DNA of 64,000 nucleotides from Ranitomeya imitator (lineage: Eukaryota), in NCBI RefSeq assembly GCF_032444005.1, contig NC_091291.1, forward strand, positions 100,998,001-101,062,000, given 5' to 3'. Shown here piece after piece: positions 35,268-48,017 of this stretch. The notes below the pieces were generated by a model. It worked only from the letters and a program-made list of their open reading frames with translations. It made no database searches and was not told the DNA's origin. Position 1 is the first letter of the stretch; each line of letters opens with the position of its first letter. A program made the position numbers and the translations under genes.

Positions 35268-37309
35268 CTATATCTTCCTGCCTATTTGTATGCCTATCTG
35301 TATATGGTCTATATGATATCTATATACGGTGTCTAATTTCTTTATTTCGCTCTGACACAGACCAGATACAAACATTGGGTATTAGGAATTGTATTGAGCC
35401 AAAAGAAAGTAGAATTTTTTTCCAGCTGGGTAAAACCAAGTGGTTGACAATGTGAAGAATGCATGGGGCAGCTGGCAGGGCGCGGGCAGTGTGACATGGA
35501 GTGTGCTTCACAGTCATTTGTGAATTGCCAAACTGAACAATTCTGACCAGTATTGAGATGTCTTTATTGTCAGCTTTAGTGAATGATGGGAAAGTGTGTG
35601 GGGAGACACGAGGTGCCACTTCCAGCCCACCAGTAATGACTGCGGAGGATCTGCTGTCTGGCAGAGGTGTGTGGTAGCACATTGTGTGTGGCGGTGATGT
35701 GCACACTCCCTATGTGACATTGTAGGGAGAAAATCCAATATATCCCCTAATATTCTCAATATCCTGTGCGGATTCAGTCCATAATTTATCTTTGCAGCAT
35801 TTCCTTTACAAAGCCATATAGCTCAATGGTTGTCTTACTCAGATTGCTTCTATTCTCCCCTTATGGTGCTGCAGGCAATGGCGATTATTGTACGCAGGGC
35901 CATGCAGAGGGTTTGGAGATCTGTTTTACACAAGCTCCAAAAATGATAACAAATGAATCAGAACAACATTGTGCATTTCTTTAGATTAAAAAGGTTACTA
36001 CCAAGGGTTTGTCTGGTACTATGGTACTCATGTACAGCGCCATGGAATCAATGGTGCTATATAAATAAATAATAATAATAATACTATTTTAATTTTTTCT
36101 TATGGGTGTAAGAGCCAGTTGCGCCTGGCTCCGATCTCTGCTGGTTCATAGCAGTCACCGACCGCTTCTCCGCGCTGCTTGCGATTCTGCGGCTTCCGCT
36201 GACGCAATATCGACAGGGCTGCAGCTTCTCTTCTACTCCGCTCTGTTATCAGGGCGCAACTGCTAATGTCATGCTGATTTACAGCCGGCTCCCCACTGCC
36301 TAACTGCGGGGAACCAGCTGTCAATAAGCATGGTGTAAGAAGTCACGTCCCATCGACAGGGAAACCTGGATTGCTAACAATGGTTTCCGTTACTTTTCAG
36401 GTTTGGTAAACTCTATGTAGATAGATCCAGTGGAGAACCGGTGAGGAGCCCCATCCGCCCCTCTGGAATCTGCAGGGGAAATCAGTTTTGCCAAATGTGA
36501 CGCCGGTCATGGAAAGTCTGCGCTCGGCTTTACAGATGAAGCATATTACTGGGAACATTTCGGACATTTCTTTTTTAGGGCAGATTCTCTGCTTTCGTCA
36601 CAGTAACAATCCATTCTTGAAACATTTTAAGACAAGCAGAATTTTATTTGTATATTTATATGAAAATTCCACCTTAAAGGGAACCTGTCACCATGAAGAT
36701 GCAGACAGATCTGCTGGCACCATGTCCACCCTGAAGTGCAGTTTGCTGTAATGGGTGAATGGAGGACCGGAATAAAAATAAAATAGAATTAATATAACCC
36801 GAGTGGCTTATCTACGGTGTTATCATGTTCATCTAGGTTGTGATATAAAACAGATGGAGAAGATTTCTGAGTGCAATAAAGCGTCAAGTGTTAATCTGTG
36901 TGGTTCTGGTTGTTGTATAGCATCTAATAGAGCCGGTATGGCCTCTGCTGTGTTCCCTCCATCCCATATATTGATAACATAAAGTCTTGGCTTCAGGGCA
37001 TCGGGCAGGGCTGTAACCTTTACTCCCCTTCCTACAGATATACCAAATGTAACCCAGTCCACGGTCATGTTTATGGCCAGTGTCATACAGGTACACACGT
37101 CAGATTACACTGCATTGTCTTCCTCAATTCCTTTTCCCCCCCAGAGCCAGACATGTGCCCTTTTGATGTAGAAACTGTGACACATAACTGTGACATTGAC
37201 TCCTATTCTGTTCCCAGACCTGCTCAGACATCCGCTATAGCCGAAGCCTAAGGAGCCATTTACTACTCGCTGGTCTGTAACCAGAGGAAGGTTTTGGTGA
37301 CATTCTGTT

Positions 37310-38058
37310 AAGGTACCTTCACACATAACGATATCGTTAACGATATCATTGCTTTATGTGACGTAGCAACGATATCGTTAAGGAAATCGTTCTGTGTGAC
37401 AGCGACCAACGATCAGGCCCCTGCTGGGAGATCGTGGGTTGCTGAGGAAAGTCCAGAACTTTATTTCGTCGCTGGACTCCTGCAGACATCGCTGGATCGG
37501 CGTGTGTGACACCGATTCAGCGATGTCTTCACTGGTAACCAGGGTAAACATCAGGTAACTAAGCGCAGGGCCGCGCTTAGTAACCCGATGTTTACCCTGG
37601 TTACCAGCGTAAAAGTTAAAAAAACAAACACTACATACTTACCTACCGCTGTCTGTCCCCGGCGCTCAGCTTCTCTGCACTCCTCCTGTACTGGCTGTGA
37701 GCGTCGGTCAGCCGGAAAGCAGAGCGGTGACGTCACCGCTCTGCTTTCCGGCCGCTGTGCTCACAGTCAGTGCAGGAGGAGTGCAGAGAAGCTGAGCGCC
37801 GGGGACAGACAGCGGTAGGTAAGTATGTAGTGTTTGTTTTTTTTACTTTTACGCTGGTAACCAGGGTAAACATCGGGTTACTAAGCGCGGCCCTGCGCTT
37901 AGTAACCCGATGTTTACCCTGGTTACCCCGGTACCTCGGGATCGTTGGTCGCTGGAGAGCTGTCTGTGTGACAGCTCTCCAGCGACCAAACAGCGACGCT
38001 GCAGCGATCGACATCGTTGTCGGTATCGCTGCAGCGTCGCTGAGTGTGAAGGTACCTT
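37310..38058. mobile_element. TTAA-type MITE, family copy 3
   Basis: ttaaggtaccttcacac...gtgtgaaggtaccttta with large internal inverted repeats. Confidence 0.87.
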
Positions 38059-38273
38059 TACTTTCTTAAAGGATAAATACATAGATAATAGAAAAATACA
38101 GGGGTGGACATATCATTGGTGCAACCTGTGCAGCCGCACGGGGACCCGAGAGGTAAGGAGGCCACTACCACCTCCAAGGCAGGTGACATATGGCATTATG
38201 ATGAGCTACTGGACAGTAAAGGGCCACATACTATTCCTGCAGAGGGGCCCTTTTTGGACTGTGTCTGCCAGTG

Positions 38274-38332
<59 letters not shown>

Positions 38333-38425
38333 ATAGATAAACAGATGATAACTAGATAGATAGGAGATAGATAGATATGAGATAGATAGTAGATGACAGA
38401 TAGATAGATAGATAGATAATAGATG
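38274..38425. repeat. (GATA)n microsatellite, degenerate at the 3' side
   Basis: Read directly. Confidence 0.95.
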
Positions 38426-38444
38426 GACAATAGACTAATAGATA

Positions 38445-38572
38445 ATGATAGTGAAAAGTTGCCTTACCTAAACCCAGATGGTGGTGCCACTTCCCCTACG
38501 CGTGTTTCGGCGGCGTGCCTTCGTCAGAGGGTGTCCCATCTGGGTTTAGGTAAGGCAACTTCACACTATCAT
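38445..38572 (-). ncRNA. Type I hammerhead ribozyme motif at the tip of a 37-bp-arm hairpin (Penelope-like)
   Basis: Minus strand: ccct-CTGACGA-A-GGC-acgcc-GCC-GAAAC-acgc-GTA-gggg. Arms 38445-38481 / 38536-38572. Confidence 0.65.
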
Positions 38573-40690
38573 TTAAGGTTTTTTCAATCCTTTTTCCTCA
38601 TGTCATATGACTGTAATTATGTATTGCCATTGATATGGATTACCAATTGTTTCAGGATGCATTTACAGTATTTGTCTATGTCACAGACACGTAGTATAAC
38701 ATTGCCATTCCTTGCCATTTAGTTGAACTTGTACCTGCCTTGCTTGTTTTCCCAAGGTGGTGCCACTGAGATCTATTTTGGCTCCTTTCAGGCACTCATG
38801 GTTACTTTTTAAATAATTTTTGTTTTGCTTTGTTGCGATTACTAATATATTTTCTACTTTGTTCAATATATGTTTTTTGTCTATATGTTCCTAGTCTTTT
38901 TGTAATTGTATATTAGCTTTCTGCCCATAAATTCAGACTTTGAAGAGAAGTATTCAAATCTGCCCAGGAATTCAGACTTAAGTCTTAGAGAGGTATTCAC
39001 ACTAGACACGTAGGACCCAGCAGATTTGAGTCCATCTTGTCGTTGGCTGCTGGACTTGCATGAATTGGCCAAATTATGGGCTAAGCGTCTGATTTTTTCC
39101 TAGTATCCAGAAGCCGTATTGCTAATCATATTTTATATATTTCACATTCACATGCTTTAGCACTACAGAGTGCAACTTTTATTGTTTATAGCAAAAAATA
39201 GGACCTAAAACTTAACATTTAATCTTACATTAAAAATGTTTATTTTACTAAAAAATGTTTCAGTTTACCTTTCTTGGATCAGGGGAGTTTCTTTCAAAAT
39301 TCATGGTTCCATTGTGTCCACGCAGATATAATCTCCGCTGCTTATCGCGGATACATGGAGCCCCCTGCCTGTTAATTCTCTTTTCCACCGGTTTATTGAA
39401 ATAAGTGACTCCTCGTATCCCCGGTCACTTCTGGGTACCCTGACCCATCATATCCGGTGCTTGGACCGCTCATACTAGTCGTGGTGACCCCACATGTCAC
39501 TTCCTGAGCGTCCTTCACAGCGGCCGACACCATCCCGTGGAACGCAGGCTGATCCACAGTTACACTCGCTCAGCAGCCTATTGACGGGTGAGTACTGGTA
39601 TATTGAACTAACCATGACATTGGACTTGTGTCTTTAAGGGATTTTCTCACTCCATTATATTTACCGTATATTATAGCATTTCGATTATCCCATATTATTG
39701 GTGAGCATAAAAAGATTCACCCACCTAGATAACTGAATCTGTTTATACAACACAAAATGAGTTTTATACAGATATATTCTGAATTACAGAGAAATTGAAA
39801 AAAAATTGAAAAACGAAAACCGATTGACTTATGAGATGTGGTCAAAGGAATGTCAGTTATCAGAAAAGGATCATAGAAGTGTGTATAAAGGGGGATTGGT
39901 GGTACCTAAGATGCACTGAAAACATTAATAAATAATGTACTAGCCCTACCATGCTCCAGGGGTTGGCACCCGAATAATCTACGCAAGCGGCGAACCCACT
40001 CATCGTTGTCTCACCCTCAGTAAATAACCCTGTTGAACCCTAATTATATAAAGCTACTATATGTCAATTGTTTGTTACGACCCAATGGTGATACAGTTTT
40101 AAGGTCGATAGGTCCACATTGCTTCTCGTTGCAAAATGGTTGTATCCCAGTCGCTTTCCTCAGGGGTTTTTCCAACTCTTATCAACCCCCATTAATGTTA
40201 TTGTTGACATTTGTCCTGAATGTTCCTGATTGACATGCCTAACTAACGGGGTATCACTTTTCTTACTGATATCGCGAAGATCTTTTCCTATCCTTCTCCT
40301 GAACTCTCTCCTCATCTTGCTCACATACTCATGGCCCCATTGGCACGAGGCCTTTTAAATCAAGCTCTCACTCCGACAATTGATGAATGATCTAATTCTA
40401 TACTGTTTCCCTGTTGTTGTACTTTGGAAAGTTTTGGCCACAGATATGGCTTTACACGCCATTCAGTCACCGTATCTCTGGCATCCCGTTACACCTTCTG
40501 ACCGCCATATGGTCTCTTTCTATGTGGTGTAATGGCTGTAAACTAATCAGTCTTACAAATATCTCCCTTTTTTGAAGGTAATCTGAGGATTAGCTGTGAT
40601 TAAGTTCCCGATATCACTGTCCAATTTTAGTACCTTCCAGTTTTTGTTTTTTTAAGAAGGATCTCTGAAAGGCGGATCAGTACACAGCCA

Positions 40691-40736
40691 TTACACCCCT
40701 GATGAATCCAAGTAAAGGAGGAAACGCGTCGGGTAA
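40691..40736 (+). ncRNA. Minimal hammerhead ribozyme motif (Penelope-like)
   Basis: accc-CTGATGA-A-TCC-aagtaaa-GGA-G-GAAACGCGTC-gggt; palindromic ACGCGT stem III; predicted cleavage after GUC at 40730. Confidence 0.55.
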
Positions 40737-40857
40737 ATTATATTGTTTCAATAAGGACGGTTAATAGACGGTGTTACCCCTGCTATAAAGATTGTTTGCC
40801 GGACAAGATTTTAAGAAATTGGCTGAGACCTTTCCTGTAGCTCAGTGGTGAGCACTG

Positions 40858-40997
40858 TAGGGTGGCTCAGTAGTTAGCACTGCAGCCTTGCAATGCTGGG
40901 ATCCTGAGTTCAAATCCTACCAAGAACAACATCTGCAATGAGTGTGTATGTTCTAGATTGTGAGCCCCAATGGGGACAGTGATGACAATGTCTGTAA
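40858..40997 (+). mobile_element. tRNA-derived SINE with L2-like tail, truncated by a MITE
   Basis: A-box-like tggctcagtagtt, B-box-like gagttcaaatcc; tail tagattgtgagcccc...tgtctgtaa matches L2 3' ends at about 26600 and 60860. Confidence 0.7.
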
Positions 40998-41639
40998 AGG
41001 TACCTTCACACTGAGCGACTTTAGAACGATAACGATAGCAATCCGTGACGTTGCAGCGTCCTGGATAGCGATCTCGTTGTGTTTGACACGCAGCAGCGAT
41101 CAGGATCCTGCTGTGAGATCGCTGGTCGGAGCTAGAAGGCCAGAACTTTATTTCGTCGCTGGATCACCCGCTGACATCGCTGAATCGGCGTGTGTGACGC
41201 CGATTCAGCGATGTCTTCACTTGTAACCAGAGTAAACATCGGGTTACTAAGCGCAGGGCCGCGCTTAGTAACCCGATATTTACCCTGGTTACCTAAAAAA
41301 AACAAACACTACATACTTACATTCCGGTGTCTGTCGCGTCCCTCGCAGTCAGCTTCCCGCACTGACTGTCAGCGCCGGCCGTAAAGCACAGCGGTGACGT
41401 CAATGCTGTGCTCTCCTTTACGGCCGGCCGGCGCTCACAGTCAGTGCAGGAAGCAGAACGCCGGGGGACGCGACAGGCACCGGAATGTAAGTATGTAGTG
41501 TTTTGTTTTTTTTTAGGTAACCAAGGTAAATATTGGGTTACTAAGCACGGCCCTGCGCTTAGTAACCCGATGTTTACCCTGGTTACCCGGGGACCTCGGC
41601 ATCGTTGGTCGCTGGAGAGCTGTCTGTGTGACGGTACCT
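40998..41639. mobile_element. TTAA-type MITE, family copy 4, right arm internally deleted
   Basis: aaggtaccttcacac start; ends ggagagctgtctgtgtgacggtacct, lacking the roughly 70 bp present in copy 3. Confidence 0.8.
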
Positions 41640-41838
41640 GAGGAGGTGGTGATGGCGAACTCAGTCGAGGGGTTCAAGAGAGGCCTGGATGTCTTCCTGG
41701 AGCAGAACAATATTGTATCATACAATTATTAGGTTCTGTAGAAGGACGTAGATCTGGGGATTTATTATGATGGAATATAGGCTGAACTGGATGGACAAAT
41801 GTCTTTTTTCGGCCTTACTAACTATGTTACTATGTTAC
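41640..41838 (+). mobile_element. CR1 LINE 3' end
   Basis: EVVMANSVEGFKRGLDVFL C-terminus, 3' UTR ataggctgaactggatggac, and octamer tail (actatgtt)n. Confidence 0.8.
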
Positions 41839-42375
41839 CCTAAAGCGATGAGGAATTAATGGTGCTACATAAGAGAGTAAAATACATATAACATCAGTAA
41901 GTACTGATGTAGGTAGAGTTTAATGTGGTGGCACAGAGCTTTCAATTCCACTAAGGCCTACCATACATACAATTTTGAGACAATTTTGGAAACGCTGTCC
42001 CAGTGAGCGAGGCTCCAATACATGCGATTAGTGACATGAATATCCCATAATTAATCGGGTGTTCAGTCGTTTTGCTCCATGAGTCTTCAATGTTGTAATG
42101 TCTTTTATTTGTTCAATATATATGTATAATATACCACTGAATGTTACATTTTTAATCCCATTTCTTTGCTATAGTATTTTCTATAAAACCAAAAATGTCT
42201 CCAGGGCTGACAGGGCGGTGTCAGGAGGATCCTCACTTGTAATGCTTCATGTTACAGTGTGAATTGTTTCATGGATATTTAAATATTAGTTATGACAGAA
42301 TTACGTGTAAATATTTCCTGACTTGGTAAATCTCATAATTTACATAGGCTTCTTCATGGCTATTGATGGGGCTGT

Positions 42376-42636
42376 CATGTCAGTGACAGGTCGGGGGTCG
42401 TCACTTAGATGCACAATTTAATCCCATCCTGAGCAATGTGTGATTGGTGCAGGTCCCATCTTGTGGCCGGGGGTTCCCACACTCACATCTCCCCCCAGCA
42501 GCCTCTATTATCTCCTGTATTGGAGCAGATGGACACACGTCCATTGTCCCCGCTGCGGTGGGATTGGAGGATGAGTGTGGGAACCTCTTGTAAGTCCGCT
42601 CTCCACACATCATTATGCAGGGAGAGGGGTATATAG
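42376..42636 (+). promoter_or_regulatory. hes5 copy 2 proximal promoter
   Basis: TTCCCACA 42474-42481; TGTGGGAA 42576-42583; TCTCCACAC 42600-42608; TATATAG 42630-42636. Confidence 0.82.
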
Positions 42637-42712
42637 AGGGGCGGCCGCTCACTAGCAGTCAGACAGCTCCTGCCCCACACAGCACAAGGCTACAGACTGC
42701 CGGACCTGCACC

Positions 42713-43432
42713 ATGGCCCCATGTAATATGAGGACCCCGGACCATCAGGCTGACAGCGGCCTCAGAAAGGTAAGAGCCCCCGACTAGTGACAGCGTCACC
42801 CCCATATCTCTACATGTAGACACTTATAGGAACAGGAGTCTGATGTTTTACAAGTGATCTTAGTTGTCCTCCATAGACATGGACACTGGCGCAGGGGAAT
42901 AATGAGAGATTCTTCTTCTTTTCTACAGCTGAGGAAGCCGGTGATTGAGAAGATGAGGAGAGATCGGATTAACAGCAGCATTGAGCAGCTCCGCGTCTTA
43001 CTGGAGAAGGAGTTTCAGAGACATCAGCTCCCCTCCAAACCGGAGAAAGCCGATATCCTGGAGATGACGGTCACCTTCCTGCAGCGGCACATGGCGGAGA
43101 GAGGTGAGTGTCGTGTCCGCGCTCCTCACACCCCTCATGTGTTTGTTACTGAGAGCAGAGCAGCCGGCGATGGACGCTGTCACTGACATGTTGTCTTTCC
43201 TGTTCTAGATGTCACAGCCTCCAGCCAGACCCGGAGAGAAGGCTACTCCACCTGCGTCCAGGACGCCGTCACCTTCCTGACCCAGCACAAACAGGAGGAG
43301 CTCCAGATCCAGCTGCTGCAGAACCTCCCTGGGGCTCACACTGTGGTGTACAGGGCCGTATCTCCTCCTGTATCTCCTGTCTACCAGACCCCCATCAAAT
43401 ATAGCAGCAAAGCCTTGTGGAGACCCTGGTAA
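42713..43432 (+). CDS. hes5: hes5-like, copy 2 (exons 42713-42769, 42929-43103, 43209-43432; 151 aa)
   Basis: Intact GT-AG introns, bHLH, Orange (REGYSTCVQDAVTFL...LQIQLLQNL), ends SSKALWRPW-TAA. Confidence 0.95.
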
Positions 43433-44485
43433 CATGGCTTCTGGATCATACAAGACTGTTGAACACTTTAGAGTCCACTGGACATAGAGATGAAGGTATT
43501 GCACTGTGCAGCATGGCGGACGCGCTATGGGCACTATCGTATAGTGTTGAGTGTATGACACATCCAGGGGCCAGCGTTGACCTCATGTCCTCATAAGTCT
43601 TCCATGAAGAGTTTGTGCTGGAGAAGTCGCTGTTAGTAAAGGAATCCCAGAGATGGGGAGAGATTTTTGCCTATATATTTCTTTCTCTGTGATTTATTTA
43701 TAATGATTAACCCCTTCACTTCCTGAGTTAGACGTGTCTCTGCTTTTAAGATAGGAGACCCAGGTGTCTCATGTCCATGAGTCTCAATGAACTTGAAGTA
43801 GTATTTTTACCTATGAAAAGTTTATTTAGTCTGCAAATTGCACATCACAGTAATAAGGTCCCCCGAGACGTCTGTGCGGCCGACTTGTACCTATATGACT
43901 ATACTTCATACGTGGAGCCAATATCTTCATCATGTTCTGCATCCTTCTTTACAAAGGTATCCTCATATAATGAGCAGCGCTTGATTAATGTGTCCCCAGG
44001 ATCTATTCAATACCTGGAGATAGTGTAAAATGCTGGTAGGTAAAGGATACGGCGTATACTGTTCAATGGAGCGAGCTGTAACTTGTGCAGTGTGTGAGAC
44101 ACCTGTAATGGTGACCGGAAGGATGTGTGTAACAGGAGAGGCATCCGGGGCAACGAGCCCCAGAGGACGGAAACACAAGGCAGCGTGAATGTGTTATGTG
44201 ATATATTATATATATGTGCTGGTACTGTATGTGGATTCCAGCATCTGGAAATAAGTGAATAATTATGTTATTATGTCATATTATTATGTCAGCCTTTGTA
44301 ATGGGGCTTTACTTCTGGTATTAGCGCTGGATGAAATGCTGAATTTGTACTTTCTTGAGTGCAACCAAATGTATGAATATATTATTCATTGGGAAAAGTA
44401 ATAAAATAACTTTACATTTAGCTGTTCTGTTTCCTGATTTATTATTTCCGAAAGATACTATGTTAGTGTGAAATAAATAGTTAAT

Positions 44486-44982
44486 NNNNNNNNNNNNNNN
44501 NNNNNNNNNNNNNNNNNNNNNNNNNNNNNNNNNNNNNNNNNNNNNNNNNNNNNNNNNNNNNNNNNNNNNNNNNNNNNNNNNNNNNNNNNNNNNNNNNNNN
44601 NNNNNNNNNNNNNNNNNNNNNNNNNNNNNNNNNNNNNNNNNNNNNNNNNNNNNNNNNNNNNNNNNNNNNNNNNNNNNNNNNNNNNNNNNNNNNNNNNNNN
44701 NNNNNNNNNNNNNNNNNNNNNNNNNNNNNNNNNNNNNNNNNNNNNNNNNNNNNNNNNNNNNNNNNNNNNNNNNNNNNNNNNNNNNNNNNNNNNNNNNNNN
44801 NNNNNNNNNNNNNNNGTATNNNNNNNNNNNNNNNNNNNNNNNNNNNNNNNNNNNNNNNNNNNNNNNNNNNNNNNNNNNNNNNNNNNNNNNNNNNNNNNNN
44901 NNNNNNNNNNNNNNNNNNNNNNNNNNNNNNNNNNNNNNNNNNNNNNNNNNNNNNNNNNNNNNNNNNNNNNNNNNNNNNNNNN
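44486..44982. other. Assembly gap with a 4-nt island (gtat, 44816-44819)
   Basis: Run of n. Confidence 1.
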
Positions 44983-45205
44983 CTAGCTGTCCATCTATCT
45001 ACAAAACAAACAATACAGTAGCATCTGTAAGCGCTGAGAAGTCTACAAACATTGAATGTATAATATTTGGACAGCATCACTGCTATATAAAATATGCTAA
45101 TAAAAATGAAGGTATTTGGCACATTAATTGGCCTAGTCATGAGAACCCGCCAGCCACGACAAGGCAAGCTTTCTCTGATAGCACCCTGACCTAATATTTG
45201 TCATA

Positions 45206-46817
45206 CAGGTCCTTCTCAAAAAATTAGCATATAGTGTTAAATTTCATTATTTACCATAATGTAATGATTACAATTAAACTTTCATATATTATAGATTCAT
45301 TATCCACCAACTGAAATTTGTCAGGTCTTTTATTGTTTTAATACTGATGATTTTGGCATACAACTCCTGATAACCCAAAAAACCTGTCTCAATAAATTAG
45401 CATATCAAGAAAAGGTTCTCTAAACGACCTATTACCCTAATCTTCTGAATCAACTAATTAACTCTAAACACATGCAAAAGATACCTGAGGCTTTTATAAA
45501 CTCCCTGCCTGGTTCATTACTCAAAACCCCCATCATGGGTAAGACTAGCGACCTGACAGATGTCAAGAAGGCCATCATTGACACCCTCAAGCAAGAGGGT
45601 AAGACCCAGAAAGAAATTTCTCAACAAATAGGCTGTTCCCAGAGTGCTGTATCAAGGCACCTCAATGGTAAGTCTGTTGGAAGGAAACAATGTGGCAGAA
45701 AACGCTGTACAACGAGAAGAGGAGACCGGACCCTGAGGAAGATTGTGGAGAAGGACCGATTCCAGACCTTGGGGAACCTGAGGAAGCAGTGGACTGAGTC
45801 TGGTGTGGAAACATCCAGAGCCACCGTGCACAGGCGTGTGCAGGAAATGGGCTACAGGTGCCGCATTCCCCAGGTAAAGCCACTTTCGAACCATAAACAG
45901 CGGCAGAGGCGCCTGACCTGGGCTACAGAGAAGCAGCACTGGACTGTTGCTAAGTGGTCCCAAGTACTTTTTTCTGATGAAAGCAAATTTTGCATGTCAT
46001 TCGGAAATCAAGGTGCCAGAGTCTGGAGGAAGACTGGGGAGAAGGAAATGCCAAAATGCCTGAAGTCCAGTGTCAAGTACCCACAGTCAGTGATGGTGTG
46101 GGGTGCCATGTCAGCTGCTGGTGTTGGTCCACTGTGTTTCATCAAGGGCAGGGTCAATGCAGCTAGCTATCAGGAGATTTTGGAGCACTTCATGCTTCCA
46201 TCGGCTGAAATGCTTTATGGAGATGAAGATTTCATTTTTCAGCACGACCTGGCACCTGCTCACAGTGCCAAAACCACTGGTAAATGGTTTACTGACCATG
46301 GTATTACTGTGCTCAATTGGCCTGCCAACTCTCCTGACCTGAACCCCATAGAGAATCTGTGGGATATTGTGAAGAGAAAGTTGAGAGACGCAAGACCCAA
46401 CACTCTGGATGAGCTTAAGGCCGCTATTGAAGCATCCTGGGCCTCCATAACATCTCAGCAGTGTCACAGGCTGATTGCCTCCATGCCACGCCGCATTGAA
46501 GCAGTCATTTCTGCCAAAGGATTCCCGACCAAGTATTGAGTGCATAACTGAACATTATTATTTGATGGTTTTTTTGTTTGTTATTAAAAAACACTTTTAT
46601 TTGATTGGATGGGTGAAATATGCTAATTTATTGAGACAGGTTTTTTGGGTTATCAGGAGTTGTATGCCAAAATCATCAGTATTAAAACAATAAAAGACCT
46701 GACAAATTTCAGTTGGTGGATAATGAATCTATAATATATGAAAGTTTAATTGTAATCATTACATTATGGTAAATAATGAAATTTAACACTATATGCTAAT
46801 TTTTTGAGAAGGACCTG
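45206..46817 (+). mobile_element. Full-length Tc1 transposon, 1612 bp
   Basis: TA TSD at 45204-45205 and 46818-46819; 200-bp TIRs (45206-45405, 46618-46817) with no mismatch seen; aattagcatat repeated at both ends of each TIR. Confidence 0.96.
45535..46539 (+). CDS. Tc1 transposase, DD34E, 334 aa, uninterrupted
   Basis: MGKTSDL...GRKRCTT; FSDES; QHD followed by 34 residues then E (SPDLNPIE). Confidence 0.95.
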   Translation: MGKTSDLTDVKKAIIDTLKQEGKTQKEISQQIGCSQSAVSRHLNGKSVGRKQCGRKRCTTRRGDRTLRKIVEKDRFQTLGNLRKQWTESGVETSRATVHRRVQEMGYRCRIPQVKPLSNHKQRQRRLTWATEKQHWTVAKWSQVLFSDESKFCMSFGNQGARVWRKTGEKEMPKCLKSSVKYPQSVMVWGAMSAAGVGPLCFIKGRVNAASYQEILEHFMLPSAEMLYGDEDFIFQHDLAPAHSAKTTGKWFTDHGITVLNWPANSPDLNPIENLWDIVKRKLRDARPNTLDELKAAIEASWASITSQQCHRLIASMPRRIEAVISAKGFPTKY

Positions 46818-46880
46818 TACATGCCTCTCCCAGGTCAAAGCCTACAAATTTAAAGGGCAGGTCAGATCAAGCATTAATCA

Positions 46881-48017
46881 AGGGTCTGACTATGGGGGTA
46901 TTGCCTTATTACAGGATCTGACTATGGGGGCTGCCTTATTAAAGAGTCTATGGGGGTGTTGCCTTATTACAGGGTCTGACTATGGGGGCTGCCTTATTAC
47001 AGGTTCTGATTATGGGGTACTGCCTTATTACAGGGTCTGTCTATGGGGATGCTGCCTTATTAAAGAGTCTGACTATGGGGGCTGCCTTATTACAGGGTCT
47101 GACTATAGGGGCTGCCTTATTACAGGGTCTGACTATGGGGGGGCTGCCATATTACAGGGTCTGACTATGGGGGTGCTGCCTTATTACAGGGTCTGACTAT
47201 GGGGGTGCTGCCTTATACTACAGAGTCTGCCTATGGGGGTGCTGCCATATTACAGGATGACTATGGGGGTGCTGCCTTATTACAGGGTCTGACTATGGGG
47301 GCTGCCTTATTACAGGGTCTGACTATGGGGGAACTGCCTTATTACAGGGTCTGACTATGGGGGCTGCCTTATTACAGAGTCTAACTATGGGGGCTGCCTT
47401 ATTACAGGGTCTGACTATGGGGGTGCCTTATTACAGGGTCTGACTATGGGGGTGCTGCCTTATACTACAGAGTCTGCCTATGGGGGTACTGCCTTATTAC
47501 AGGGTCTGACTATGGGGGTGCTGCCTTATTACAGGGTATGACTATGGGGGCTGCCTTATTACAGGTTCTGATTATGGGGGTACTGCCTTATTACAGGGTC
47601 TGACTATGGGGGGGCTGCCTTATTACAGGGTCTGACTATGGGGGTGCTGCCTTATACTACAGAGTCTGCCTATGGGGGTGCTGCCTTATTACAGGGTCTG
47701 ACTATGGGGATGCTGCCTTATTACAGGGTCTGACTATGGGGGCTGCCTTATTACAGGGTCTGACTATGGGGGTACTGCCTTATTACAGGGTCTGACAATG
47801 GGGGCTGCCTTATTATAGGGTCTGACTATGGGGGTGCTGCCTTATACTACAGAGTCTGCCTATGAGGGTACTACATTATTACAGGATCTGACTATGGGGG
47901 CTGCCTTATTACAGGGTCTGACTATGGGGGCTGCCTTATTACAGGGTCTGACTATGGGGGCTGCCTTATTACAGGGTCTGACTATGGGGGTGCTGCCTTA
48001 TACTACAGAGTCTGCCT
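46881..48017. repeat. 30-33-bp minisatellite (ttattacagggtctgactatggggg(t)gctgcc), about 36 units
   Basis: Read directly; recurring variant tatactacagagtctgcc. Confidence 0.95.

Noticed and set aside
34041-35336. ORFs containing long X runs (also 44481-45167)
   Set aside because: Artefacts of N gaps.
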